A DNA stretch of 64,000 nt from Spirochaetia bacterium (lineage in GTDB: Bacteria > Spirochaetota > Spirochaetia > SZUA-6 > Bin103): positions 4,736,001 to 4,800,000 of the forward strand of contig CBDBDQ010000005.1 in assembly GCA_965203905.1 (NCBI GenBank). The letters are read 5' to 3'. The notes beneath the pieces were generated by a model, which ran no database searches, was not told the origin of the DNA, and was given only the letters and a program-made list of their open reading frames with translations. Below, piece by piece: positions 43,201 to 53,713 of the stretch. A program made the position numbers and the translations under genes. Numbering within the stretch: position 1 is the first letter of the stretch; the number at the start of each line of letters is the position of its first letter.

Positions 43201-43275
43201 CGGGCGGGAGGGAGTGGAACCCTCCACGTGCCCCTGCGACCGCCATTGCAGAATCGAGGGACCCATCCCATCCCG
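43201..43275 (-). ncRNA. Possible tRNA-like element E (75 nt)
   Basis: GGGA-TGGG-TCCC hairpin, CTGC..GCAG arm, GGAGGG-TTCCACT-CCCTCC arm; weak closing stem and a competing hairpin. Confidence 0.4.
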
Positions 43276-43362
43276 GCCGCGGACTGGGGCCCCACCTACG
43301 CCAGCAGAAAATCTTCAGGTGAAATCAGGGGTGGTTCGCGGGGCGTCTTGCGCGGGAACAGC

Positions 43363-44460
43363 TCAGCGGTGCGGCGTGGGCTGGCACTGCGCCAGTTGAT
43401 CCGCATGTTTCCGAAACGCGGTGAGGCGGTCGAGCCCTTCGGCACCCGATTCTATGGCGGCGTTCAGCGCCTTCATGCCTACTCCGGAGTCTGTAGAAGG
43501 TTCCGCTTGCGGTTCTACTATATTCCTACTATCCCTCCCGGAGGGAGGCAGTCCACATTCCCGCTGGGGTGGAGTACACTCTTCTGCCGGGGTACGCAGG
43601 CAGAGCTTCCAGCGACACACCGCCCGCCGGATCGGGCGAACGCTGGCCCAAACTATCCGGCGGGACAGCCAGCCATGCTCCCGCAGCCAGCGCAACGCCT
43701 TCGCGACCGCGGTACGGCCGCGGCCAGATAAGCGCTGTATGGTCGCCCACGCCACCTGGGTGAAGGCTGTCGCGCACTTCAGTGCTGAACGGCCGCGGCC
43801 GAGCATGGTGCGCAGAGCTGCCCACACCGCGCACACGGCGCAGCTACCGAGCAAGACGAGCATCAGCGGCAGTTCGACATAGGTACGCTCCAGCAGGAGT
43901 CGGTACTGTGACTCCTGCCCAGGGCGCCGTTCGACTTCGAGCACTCCCGCGTCCTTCAGTTCGTTGACCCGCTCTCGCGCTGATCGCTCGGAGCATTTCA
44001 GCGCGACGGCGATTGTCGAGACTGGCCCTGTCCAGGTGCGCGAGCTGCCGAAATCGTTGAACAGCAACGAGTACGCGCGCAGCAGCTTCGGTTTGTTGCG
44101 GAGCGACGCCGGGGCGTAGGTCTGCTTCGCAAGCACCCCTCGCCGCTCGCCAGAGAGCCAGCGCTTGGGCTCGGCATCCGGCGGCGCCTGCACGGCGTGA
44201 TTGCGCTCTCTCCTGGGAACATCCTCTCGCGGACCTTCTCGCAAGATGCGATCGATCTTCTTCTTCTCTACGCGCTCCCTGTGAAAAAACTTTCGCTTCC
44301 AGCGATCGATATTCCGACTCTTGAGAAGGCGCCGAACGTCTACCTCGGACCAGTCCTCGGTCACTGTATCGCGGTCACCGCCATCCAGCAGGCCGCTTCT
44401 GATAAGGAAATCACGGTAAGGCTCGATGAGGTAGATTTTGGGTATACTGAGACTCGTCAT
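43363..44460 (-). CDS. Phage replication initiator-like protein with two wHTH motifs
   Basis: STIAVALKCSERSARERVNELKDAGVLEVERR and ATIQRLSGRGRTAVAKALRWLREHGWL. Confidence 0.65.
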   Translation of the reverse strand: MTSLSIPKIYLIEPYRDFLIRSGLLDGGDRDTVTEDWSEVDVRRLLKSRNIDRWKRKFFHRERVEKKKIDRILREGPREDVPRRERNHAVQAPPDAEPKRWLSGERRGVLAKQTYAPASLRNKPKLLRAYSLLFNDFGSSRTWTGPVSTIAVALKCSERSARERVNELKDAGVLEVERRPGQESQYRLLLERTYVELPLMLVLLGSCAVCAVWAALRTMLGRGRSALKCATAFTQVAWATIQRLSGRGRTAVAKALRWLREHGWLSRRIVWASVRPIRRAVCRWKLCLRTPAEECTPPQRECGLPPSGRDSRNIVEPQAEPSTDSGVGMKALNAAIESGAEGLDRLTAFRKHADQLAQCQPTPHR

Positions 44461-45389
44461 CGGGGAACTCCTTGGATGACTACACGGCTACCCGTCCCGC
44501 GAAGACTTCACAGTCCTGGTGGGGTCGGTAACCATTCACACTTCTGGGCCGTCGGTGAACGCTCCACAGCCCGCGCCGATCTCCCTTCAGCGGATGCAGG
44601 GTGGTAGCCAAGCACGTCCATGTTGCCAGGCCGCTTCGCGCCCTAGAGGCAACAGAACCCGCCGCTGCCGCGGAACCAGGTCTGCAGACAGCCGTGAAGC
44701 CATCGGCGCGCTTATGCAGTGACCGCAGCGCGCTGTGCTTGATCCTCACGCCAATCGATTGTAACGAGAGACGATACAACTGCCCAGCCTATACTGGCGC
44801 AAGGAATTGCAGCCGGCGAATCGTCCAGAGTCGACGGCCAGTCGACGCCGCGCGACCCAGGGACCGATTGCCCGGCCACATCTGGTCTAATCGCGGCCGC
44901 GGCGGTCGACCGCAAGTCGATACGCCCGTCGAACCAAGCCGCAACTGACAAACGCTGGGAGCCGAAACCAGGGGCTCGGCGTGCGTGGTGGCGGGCACTT
45001 GGTCACGTTGCGCGGCAAGCGCTGGGAGCCGGCCGACGCGGATCCGCCCGGCCGCGAAGCTGCTTGGGTGCACGACATCCAGTCACGACATGGTTTGAGC
45101 ACCTGGAGCGGAGCCCGTCCGGCGTTTTAGGAAAGCGCGCTATGGTTCCAGTCTCACTGCTTTCGGAACAGCGCACGACGACGATACCAAGTCGCCCGTG
45201 ACACGCCCCGTCGCATTATGGAGCCGTCCAAGATGGCCCACTCATCGCTACGCCCTTGACCCGGCGCTCCAGCGGCTGCTAACGTTTAGGCGGTATGAAT
45301 GAATACTACCACGACGATAACGGCAGTTCCCGCATACTACTAGCTTTCGCTCCGCCCCGTATGGGCCGTTCGCCACAAGGCGGTTAACC

Positions 45390-46043
45390 ATGAGCCAGCC
45401 AGACGTAACCGCCCTCGTCGATAGTTTCATTGACTATGTGACGAAGATACGTGACCTAAATCAAATTATAGACGAACTGTTCCAGAATCCCTCCGCCCAA
45501 GACATCATGAACAACACCGCACCTAAATTCATGATGAAGATGAATGGGTTGGTCCTCAATTCCGTGATTGGAGCGATGAGTCGGATCACGGAACCCGCGA
45601 CGTCCCACGGGCACCAGAATCTCACTGTTCGAACAGTCGTGAAACGGCTAATATGGACCGATGGTCGAGGCTCTCAAGCGGAGCGAATAGCACAACGGTG
45701 CGACTGCTTTCATCAACAACTTAAGAAGGGCCGGGACAAACTGCTCGCCCATAATGATCTCCAGACCGCTCTTGCCGGTAAGCTGTTTCCGTTCCCACTC
45801 CCGCCAAGTATCGGCAAGGACGTAATCGTACAATTGGAGCTTCTCATCGAGCTAGCATCCGAGCAGTATGGATTATCCAAGGGACGTGTCGTCTTATGCG
45901 GTGACGAGCGGCAATTCATTAAAGCCCTGAATGATTCGTTGCTCTTTGAGCGCACTCTCAAGGATTGCAGACTACCGAGAGAGCTACGAAGCGACATGCT
46001 GGTGTGGAGATTAGAATCCGGCGAAAAACTTTTCGAAGCTTAG
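45390..46043 (+). CDS. HEPN-domain protein (AbiU2-like)
   Basis: RITEP...NLT and RDKLLAHND (Rx4-6H) motifs; helical, lower GC. Confidence 0.65.
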   Translation: MSQPDVTALVDSFIDYVTKIRDLNQIIDELFQNPSAQDIMNNTAPKFMMKMNGLVLNSVIGAMSRITEPATSHGHQNLTVRTVVKRLIWTDGRGSQAERIAQRCDCFHQQLKKGRDKLLAHNDLQTALAGKLFPFPLPPSIGKDVIVQLELLIELASEQYGLSKGRVVLCGDERQFIKALNDSLLFERTLKDCRLPRELRSDMLVWRLESGEKLFEA

Positions 46044-46202
46044 CGTACCGGGGCGCTCGCACGTCCGAGATGAACGAGTGGTGGCAGGAGTTCTTACTTC
46101 ACGCACGGCATGACCTTGGGCCTAACTCGGAGAGCCCAGTACTGATCGCCGTCGCCTTGGGCGGGAGGGGCGCGGTGGCTGGAGCTTTTCGAGTATTAGT
46201 AG

Positions 46203-47451
46203 GAGGTTCTTGCAAAAACTCTGTGAGCGTTGATGAGGAGTTGGGGACGCGATACCAGAGGACTGGATGGTAACCCGGCTTCGGCCGGGACGCCTTCAGA
46301 GCGTCGGCGGCGCCGCGAATCGGCCAGAATCGGCAGGTCATGCCACCTCCGTGACTGGGTGCGGACAGTACTGTGGCCTGTCTCCGGGAGATCAGCTTGG
46401 TCTCGCGCTACCGGATCGGAACGAGGATCGAGTTCAGTTCACCAGACGTAACAACTGATCCACGGTCAACGCCAGGACCCCGAACATCAGGTGGCACAGC
46501 ACCTTGCTGTGGCCGCGCACGCGTACCTGCCGGGCGCCGAACTCGTCCTTCAGCCGACCGTTGACGCGCTCCACCGTCGACCGCTCCCGGTAGCGCACCT
46601 CCTTGGCGTACGGTTGGCCGAGGGTGCGCTTCGCTTTCGCCTCCTGCTTCAGTGCCTGCTTGAATGCGGCACTGTTGTTGCGCGGATTGACACCTGCGGC
46701 AGATCGTCGAGTATCTCCGGCAGCGTCATGGTCTGCTGACGCTCAAGACGGCTCGGTTCCTTGGGCCGTTCCTCGCCCTTGCGCGGGCGTCCGCGCTTGC
46801 GCTTCGGCTTGGCTGGCTGCTTGGGCTTCGGCGTCGCTTTCTCGCGCCCCTCGATCGCCGTCGCATCGCGTGACACGTGGCCGACCAACTGCTCGGCCAT
46901 GGTGTCCTCGATCAGCGCCTGGTACAGGCGACTCGGCAAGGCACCCTCGGCAAACCCGGCAAAGGCCCGCGAGAAGGTCGCCTCGCTGGGCAGCGCGCCT
47001 CTATTCTCCCAGCCGCACAGACGGCGCAGCGCCTGGTCGTTGCCCAGCCGCTCGCGCAGCGCCCTGGTAGTGTCGATCCCGAACACCGCCTTGGCGATGA
47101 AGGCGCGCGCCAACGCCGCCCGATCCTGGCGCGGGCGCCCGCGCAGGGTACGACCGCACGACAGATGTCGTTCCACCCGGACGAACTCAAGCACGGTGAT
47201 GAACGACTGGTAGCGTTCTCCCAGGGGACCGAGGTCTTGCTCGAGGCTCGGGAACAGACACTCTTGAATGGTGCACCAGTAACTGGATAGTCTTGCGCGC
47301 AGGGACATGGCCGCTCCTCGCTCCCATCATGTGGGTTTGTGGTGAAACACATGGTATTACGGAGTGAGCCGGCCCGTCCCTGTTGAAGTCAGCCTCTGAC
47401 AGCCTCCCTCATCTCCAATTCCCGCTCTCTTGGGAATTTTGCAGGAGCCTC
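46203..47451 (-). mobile_element. IS1182/IS5-like element with an internally deleted transposase (46649-47308)
   Basis: IRs GAGGTTCTTGCAAAA and TTTTGCAGGAGCCTC; GRP...LRRLCGW...PSEATFSRAF...SRDATAI; C-terminal RSTVERVNGRLKDEFG out of frame. Confidence 0.82.
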
Positions 47452-48243
47452 AGGGGAAACCAGGGGGTTCAGCGTGGGGCTTCCGCGCTTGTTGACACGG
47501 ATCGAGGCGCATTGTGCATTGAGAGCGTAGGAACCTGGGCCGAAGGAAGCGCACCGATGTCAGATGAACAGAAAGAGCGCAGTACCCTGGGTGTAACGGC
47601 CTTTGGGGCGCGGAGGTTGGAGTCGGCATGGGCGTAGCTGTCGCTGGCACCCTACCGGTTGCACTGGCTGCGGGGACTGTCGGCATAGTTGGCGGCGGCG
47701 TGGTAGCACACGCCGTCCGGAGACGGCGGAATAGCAGGAAGAAGCGCCGGACCTCGGTCGTCGTTGCGCCGGAATCCCCGGAGCAGCGGCAGTTACAGAG
47801 ACAGCCTCCGACGAACCAGACTTTGGTAGCGTGGTCGGGATACCAGCTTAGACCTCGCAAGCGGCGCCGAACGGGTGACGATGACTACTTGCAGCGCGGC
47901 GAGAATCACGAGCCGTAATGCCCATGTTGCGAGCTCCCGAGTAGCGACGGTTCGTTCTCGAAGCGCTCTGTGATGGCCGTTCAGGAGTGAAGGCGCTGCA
48001 CTCCGGCACACGGCTTATCAGCTCAGCCCTTCGGCAACTGTAGCCGCGTACCCGCACGGGTGGTTCGCATTCCTTCCGTCTTCACCAACCTCCATTGCGA
48101 AGTGACCTGGAAGTCGTCCGTGGCGAACTTCCGGGCGTCGTAGGCAGAACGTCCGGAAGAGGGCGGTAGCCCCGGGCGCCACAGGCCCCTACTTACGCCG
48201 GGGTGAGAGCCTGGCAGTGCACCAACGCCCTCTGTGGGTTGCA

Positions 48244-48353
48244 GCGGTTTACGGTTTACGCCGATCCCCCTCTTCCCCAGTTCGTGCGCAATGTGTACGG
48301 ATACGTCGTTGACGAACTGGGGAAGACGTAAGAAACTGTAAACCGTAAACTGC
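48244..48353 (+). repeat. 110-nt nested inverted repeat upstream of the helicase
   Basis: 17-nt outer arms, symmetric 10-nt spacers, perfect 15-bp inner arms TCTTCCCCAGTTCGT/ACGAACTGGGGAAGA. Confidence 0.85.
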
Positions 48354-48398
48354 CTAAGTCCGCCGTCCGGGGAATGGTTGCGGTGGCAAGGAGCCCCA

Positions 48399-50468
48399 AT
48401 GGGGAAGGGCCGACACGCCGAGACCCTGGACCGCGAAGCTCTCTACGACGTGACCCCGCACGGGAATGCCAGCTACCTGCTGATGCAGTACGGCCGCCAG
48501 TTGCTCGTGGTGCGCAACGAGCAACTCTCGCACTCCGATCTGTACGTCCTGGACGACACCGGGATATGGCGCCGGGGTGACGAAGTGCTGCACGGATGGT
48601 TGCTCGAACGGGGCGACAGCCTGCGCAGGCAAGCGCTGCAGGAGGCACAGGACCAAAATAGGGACGAGAAGTCGCTGATAGGGGCGTTGCGCAGCATCCG
48701 CCCGCTGTTCGACCCGAGAGAGCTTCTGCCGCTGCGGAAGATCGCCGCCGCCTCGTATGCAGTGCTGCGCAAGAAGTACCAGAGCATTTCCGGGGGTGAT
48801 AATGACTTCGGCGTTACCCGATGCTTCGACCCCGCCCTGGACGCCGACCTGCAGTTTTTCGGGTGCGAGTCCGGGGTGATCGATCTGCACACCGGGAAGC
48901 TGCTCGCGCCCGAGGAAGGCAGGAAGCACCTGATCACCAAGCGAGCGCCGGTCAGGTACGCACTTGGCGCGAGCCACCCGGACGTCGACCGTCTGTTCGC
49001 GCACCTCCCGCCCGATCAACGTGACTGGTGGTGGCGGGCGCTTGGCTTCGCGCTCCGCGGCGTTCCATCCCGGCGTTTCTATGAGCTGAAGGGCCCGCCG
49101 GGCGGCGGCAAGAATGGCTTGATGCGGGCGTTGACTGGCACCCTCGGCCCCTACGCCAGCATCACCCAGGCGTCGCTCCTGGAGATGCGCCGGGGTGGTA
49201 GCAACGAAAGCGAGACGGGGCTTTCGCCGCAAGTCGTACACATCGTGCCACCGGTTCGCCTCGCCTTTGTCAACGAGGTGAAACCTACCAGGTTGAACCA
49301 CAGGATCCTGAAGGACTACTCCGGCGACGGGTTGGTCTCGTGGCAGCCAAAGAACAAGGACCCGCGCACCGACCCGGTGAGCGCCACACTGATCCTGCTG
49401 TGCAACCCCGGATCGCAGGCGCAGCTCGGCGGACACGACGAAGGCATTCGCGTTCGCCTCCGGGCGCTGCCGTACCCGGCGATCCCAAAGGACGCCGTGA
49501 TCGACGACTTCAACGACGTGCGGATCAAGGACCCTACCTTCAAGGAGGCCCTGTTCGCGCGCCTGGTCGCGGCCGCGGCGCATCAGCCGGTGGGCAAGCC
49601 CCCGGAGGAGCCGATCTCCATCAAGAAGGCTACGACCCAGCGCATCGTGGAAGACGTGGGCGAGATCGGTGTCTTCGCGGCACGGGTCGTTCGCGGAAGC
49701 GGCGTGCTCACCTCGCCGGATGTGTGGGCGGCTTGGTGCGAGCACAACGACGAGCCGACGGACGCCACGGAAGCCGGCGGCATCAGCCGCAACCGCCTCG
49801 GTGCACGTCTTCGCGAACACGTGACCGGCTTTCCGGAAAGGGCGTCGCCGTTGAAGCAAGGCGGCAAGAACGTGCGCGGCTGGCGTGGCTGGCGGCTGTT
49901 GACGGTGGAAGAGGCGGAAAACGAGACCGCCGCCCGACAGATTGTCGCCGATCTCCTGGCGGCCGTCCGGAAATGGGACCCGGACCAGATCGACAAGTGG
50001 ATTGCCCTGCTGCGCAGATTCGCGGAAGGCGAGATCATGGAATTCGATGGCCGCTTCTATATAAGTGCGCCGGCGTACTCGTACATGGAGAATGAAGAGG
50101 AACCGCCCGCCGCGTTCGAGCAAGCTTACAAGCGGTTGCTGCCGATGAGAGTGAGAACCGACAGTCATTCTATCGACTTAGAGACCGAAATCGCCATCGT
50201 GTTGGCCGAAAATTATCTGGTACAGGCGGCCTATAGGCTTCCTAACGATGCCACGGCTGAAGTTCTGGCCTCTGAGGCAGTCCGCCTGATGAAGGTCGGC
50301 ATGAGCACTACATCGGTGGAGTTCAGGTCAGCGGCGAAACTTCTCACGTCCGAACTTGAGAAGATTATCCAGAGGGTATGCAACGTTTCCGACAACGCCA
50401 TGCCCGACACGAAGGCAGGAGACCTGTTCAACGGCCAGCCGGCGCCAGCGGAACGCCTCGAACCGTGA
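48399..50468 (+). CDS. P4/D5-type SF3 helicase (primase C-terminal family)
   Basis: D5-N region FGCESGVIDLHTGKL...ITKR, Walker A GPPGGGKN, RLAFVNE, LILLCN, GIRVRL; AAGGAG RBS. Confidence 0.8.
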   Translation: MGKGRHAETLDREALYDVTPHGNASYLLMQYGRQLLVVRNEQLSHSDLYVLDDTGIWRRGDEVLHGWLLERGDSLRRQALQEAQDQNRDEKSLIGALRSIRPLFDPRELLPLRKIAAASYAVLRKKYQSISGGDNDFGVTRCFDPALDADLQFFGCESGVIDLHTGKLLAPEEGRKHLITKRAPVRYALGASHPDVDRLFAHLPPDQRDWWWRALGFALRGVPSRRFYELKGPPGGGKNGLMRALTGTLGPYASITQASLLEMRRGGSNESETGLSPQVVHIVPPVRLAFVNEVKPTRLNHRILKDYSGDGLVSWQPKNKDPRTDPVSATLILLCNPGSQAQLGGHDEGIRVRLRALPYPAIPKDAVIDDFNDVRIKDPTFKEALFARLVAAAAHQPVGKPPEEPISIKKATTQRIVEDVGEIGVFAARVVRGSGVLTSPDVWAAWCEHNDEPTDATEAGGISRNRLGARLREHVTGFPERASPLKQGGKNVRGWRGWRLLTVEEAENETAARQIVADLLAAVRKWDPDQIDKWIALLRRFAEGEIMEFDGRFYISAPAYSYMENEEEPPAAFEQAYKRLLPMRVRTDSHSIDLETEIAIVLAENYLVQAAYRLPNDATAEVLASEAVRLMKVGMSTTSVEFRSAAKLLTSELEKIIQRVCNVSDNAMPDTKAGDLFNGQPAPAERLEP

Positions 50469-51042
50469 GCCGTCGCCTGCCTCGCCTGCGTCTGTGCTGC
50501 CCGGCTTGCGGTGGCGCGCCGCTCCTGCCGCACGACCTGCGCCAAAGGGTCCGATGCTCCTGCGGCACTGCACTGCGCGTAGCGTTGGTGTACGCGCACC
50601 CGCCCGTCGTCAGGCAGCAGCCAGCCGGCACCAGTGATCGCAACGCCCGTAGCGTCGGCCCGCGCGCGGCCGACGCGCTGGCAGCGGGACCGCCGATTGC
50701 CCGGCCCCGTACTTAGCCTATCGTGGCATCGGCGACGCCCGTGAGCACCTGGGTTGCTGTCGTCGATACGCCCATCCGGCCCGACAATGCCACGGTGCAT
50801 GAACACCCTCCGGCGTCGCCGCGGTAAAGTAGGTCACCTGCCGAGGGATCGCTGCGTGTGGCTCTGCATAACTAGCCGGTTTGACTTCCGGAGGGAACCA
50901 TTGTAGGCATTCCACAATAAACGTGGCACGGTCTCGTCAGTTCCTAGGCTGACGAGACCGTAATCTAAGTCACTTGTACAGGAAGCGCCCGAATGACTGC
51001 CGTACGAACCCGTATGCAATCAGATGGGGTGCTTTCCTGTCG

Positions 51043-52197
51043 ATGGGAGCGCCCGTGTCAGACGTAAGACTCGTCTACTACATCGGTGCCGGTGCAAGCG
51101 CTAAGTCTCTACCGACGGCAGCAGATATTCCCTCCCGTATGAGAAAACTCGCAAACGCGCTCAGCACCGGCAACTACGAACCTGACTCTCAATACAAACA
51201 TTTGCTTGGGCGATTGTGCGACGAAATGAAAAGCTTGGCTACTCGTGCCGCAGCGTATCCATCTATCGATGTACTTGCACGAATCCTCCATCTTCAAGGA
51301 AAAGACGCCGAGCTACGTAAGCTCAAAGCTACATTATCCACCTATTTGCTACTCGAACAATCTAATAAGCCCTCCGATCCTCGCTACGGTTCATTCTTCG
51401 CATACCTTGCTGATAAAGATGCTAATGGAACACTCGCAATGCCGACTGACTTACGTATTGTATCGTGGAACTACGATATGCAATTCGAAAAATCATTTGC
51501 AGAGTTTATTCCCGACCATCTCTACGAAAAGAAAAGTGATGTCGGCAGGATGTTACAAATTGTACCTACAGGGGTTGAATCTCGTGATCATTACGACGGT
51601 ATCTTTTCGATATACAAACTTAATGGCGCGGCTGGCGTACGAGACCCCTCGGACCGGGGCCACTTTCACAACAACAGAATGATGATCAAGTCCTATGACG
51701 TTGTTATCTTCGGCCAGACCGACAAATTCGACTGTAGTAGCCTTAATCTAGCTCTACACTTCTATGAAAAGGTCATGGGAAATGACGATCCTTACCTGCA
51801 ATTCGCTTGGGAGGACGACAATCGCCGTGCTAGCGTACTTGAACTCATTGACCAATTCTCCCCCGTTGAAATCGTTGTGGTAATAGGCTATTCGTTTCCA
51901 CTGTTCAACCGGGAACTTGATCGTAAGGTGTTCGAATTACTTGGCCCGAGGAAGGTATTCTTGCAAGTCGCCGCGGGAGACGAAGCTGTGAAGGATAGGC
52001 TCGGAGGGCTAGGGGTGGATTCGGAAATCGTCAGGGTCGTTCGTGACGAGGACCAGTATTACATTCCGCCCGCGTACTCACCTTCGGCGTGGCTGTCACG
52101 GGAGAGTCGCGCTGAACGGGACCTGACCTGTCCGCGTTCATCGGGAATGCGGACCCTTCGACCCACCGCATACTGGCCGCCGGCGACCTCAACCTGA
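51043..52197 (+). CDS. SIR2-like protein (defence type)
   Basis: YIGAGAS, IVSWNYD, YKLNG, VVIGYSF motifs; lower GC. Confidence 0.75.
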   Translation: MGAPVSDVRLVYYIGAGASAKSLPTAADIPSRMRKLANALSTGNYEPDSQYKHLLGRLCDEMKSLATRAAAYPSIDVLARILHLQGKDAELRKLKATLSTYLLLEQSNKPSDPRYGSFFAYLADKDANGTLAMPTDLRIVSWNYDMQFEKSFAEFIPDHLYEKKSDVGRMLQIVPTGVESRDHYDGIFSIYKLNGAAGVRDPSDRGHFHNNRMMIKSYDVVIFGQTDKFDCSSLNLALHFYEKVMGNDDPYLQFAWEDDNRRASVLELIDQFSPVEIVVVIGYSFPLFNRELDRKVFELLGPRKVFLQVAAGDEAVKDRLGGLGVDSEIVRVVRDEDQYYIPPAYSPSAWLSRESRAERDLTCPRSSGMRTLRPTAYWPPATST

Positions 52198-52199
52198 TC

Positions 52200-52543
52200 T
52201 ATGACGGCAAGACCGGTTGCGCGCAGGACCTGGACGAGCGAAATAGCGGCGTCTTCGAGAGGATGAAGACAATCGGCCTTGAGCTGATAGGGCCACGTTA
52301 CCCGGCAGGGAGAAAGGCCAGCCCCACGCCGAACTACCTACCGCCATGCACCAACAACGTGCCGACCTTCCACACCACGGCCGAAACGCGGGCGAGTGCC
52401 AGTCGGCAGCTTGACTATGTGTTCGCATCGCGGGGGTTTCATGAGCAGGTGCGAGCCAGCGCTCTCAACAAGAAGCTCAATGGGGCCCGAGCGACCACTG
52501 CCGCGTCATGATCGAGGTCGATACGACACCGAGCGACGTGTGA
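52200..52543 (+). pseudogene. Endonuclease/exonuclease/phosphatase remnant
   Basis: VPTFH, RQLDYVFAS and out-of-frame WGPSDHCRVMIEV. Confidence 0.6.
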
Positions 52544-52882
52544 TTACGGCCGCCCCAGTTCCCCCGCTGACGCGCGTGGGAAGGTTGTGCAGGGCGCTTC
52601 CGGGAATGCCCAGTTCCGTCGCCCTCCCCGGTGCTGCCTGGTGAAGGAGGGCCGGTGCGCACGGCCGTATCTAACCGTCCAAGGATCCGTCCTCGGTATG
52701 GGGGTCACCACCCAGTCGAAGTCGCTGCTATAACCATCGGGTGCCGCCAACCGTTCTCGCCTCCTCGTCGGTCAGCGGTCGATTCCCATCAACGCCCCGT
52801 TCTGGACCTCGGAGACCCCTGCCGAGACCGGTGACGTGGCCCCGCCCGCCGCGCCTGTTCCGCAAATGACAGTCTACAGCGG

Positions 52883-53713
52883 TCACAACGAGCTCGACTC
52901 GGGTTCGTTCTGCTTCTTGCTTGCCGCTTGATGATGCTCGGCCCGTGCGTCTATCGCGTCCATGACCAATTCCCGACAGTCCACAAGGGCAGCGATAACG
53001 TCGCTCTCGAAATTCAGTCTGTGGTGCTTGTACCGAAGAATCGACGACTGAACGAAATCTGGCTGATTGAAAATCGTCAGTGCGTCCGCGTCAAACCTTC
53101 CTCCTCCGACCTTCCCCTCGGCGCGTTCATCGATGTGCTCGAACGCATTGCGCATCTCGATTACGGCTTCCCGTGTCTTTGTCACGCTGTCCTGCACCCG
53201 CAATTCTGGGCAGTGTTTCTCCACGAGAGCATTCACCATCCGGTAGCATCGGCCGAGAGCTACAATGGCCACCTCTGCCGCCGCGAGTGCGTTGAAATGT
53301 GCCAATCGCTGAGGGATTCCGCCTTCTGTCCTTGCCTTATCCCGCGCTTCGATGGCCAACACCCACAACGCATGGGCAGCGTCCGTACGCCGGGAAAAGG
53401 CGAATAAGAAAAGGAAGAATCCCAGTTGTTCTGTTGCAATCCGGTACCATGACCAGACGGTATTCGCTACGGGTCGGTACCCGCCAGTACGCTTGGGGTT
53501 GTAGTGTTCGTCAATGTCCCGTGAATCGATTACAAGCTCTCCCGCCGGAAATACAATCCTATCTCCGGGCTCCAGGTGGACGACCTCACCAGTGTCTTCT
53601 TCACCACGCCGGAGGGTTCGAGCGTAGACGATGTTGCCCTCGCGCCTGATTGGGACGACTCTCCCACTGAATAGAAAGGATCCTTGATCTTGATTGTCGT
53701 TTTCGGAAGTCAT
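52883..53713 (-). CDS. Hypothetical protein with a HEPN-like motif
   Basis: Helical C-terminal half with MRNAFEHIDER. Confidence 0.55.
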   Translation of the reverse strand: MTSENDNQDQGSFLFSGRVVPIRREGNIVYARTLRRGEEDTGEVVHLEPGDRIVFPAGELVIDSRDIDEHYNPKRTGGYRPVANTVWSWYRIATEQLGFFLFLFAFSRRTDAAHALWVLAIEARDKARTEGGIPQRLAHFNALAAAEVAIVALGRCYRMVNALVEKHCPELRVQDSVTKTREAVIEMRNAFEHIDERAEGKVGGGRFDADALTIFNQPDFVQSSILRYKHHRLNFESDVIAALVDCRELVMDAIDARAEHHQAASKKQNEPESSSL

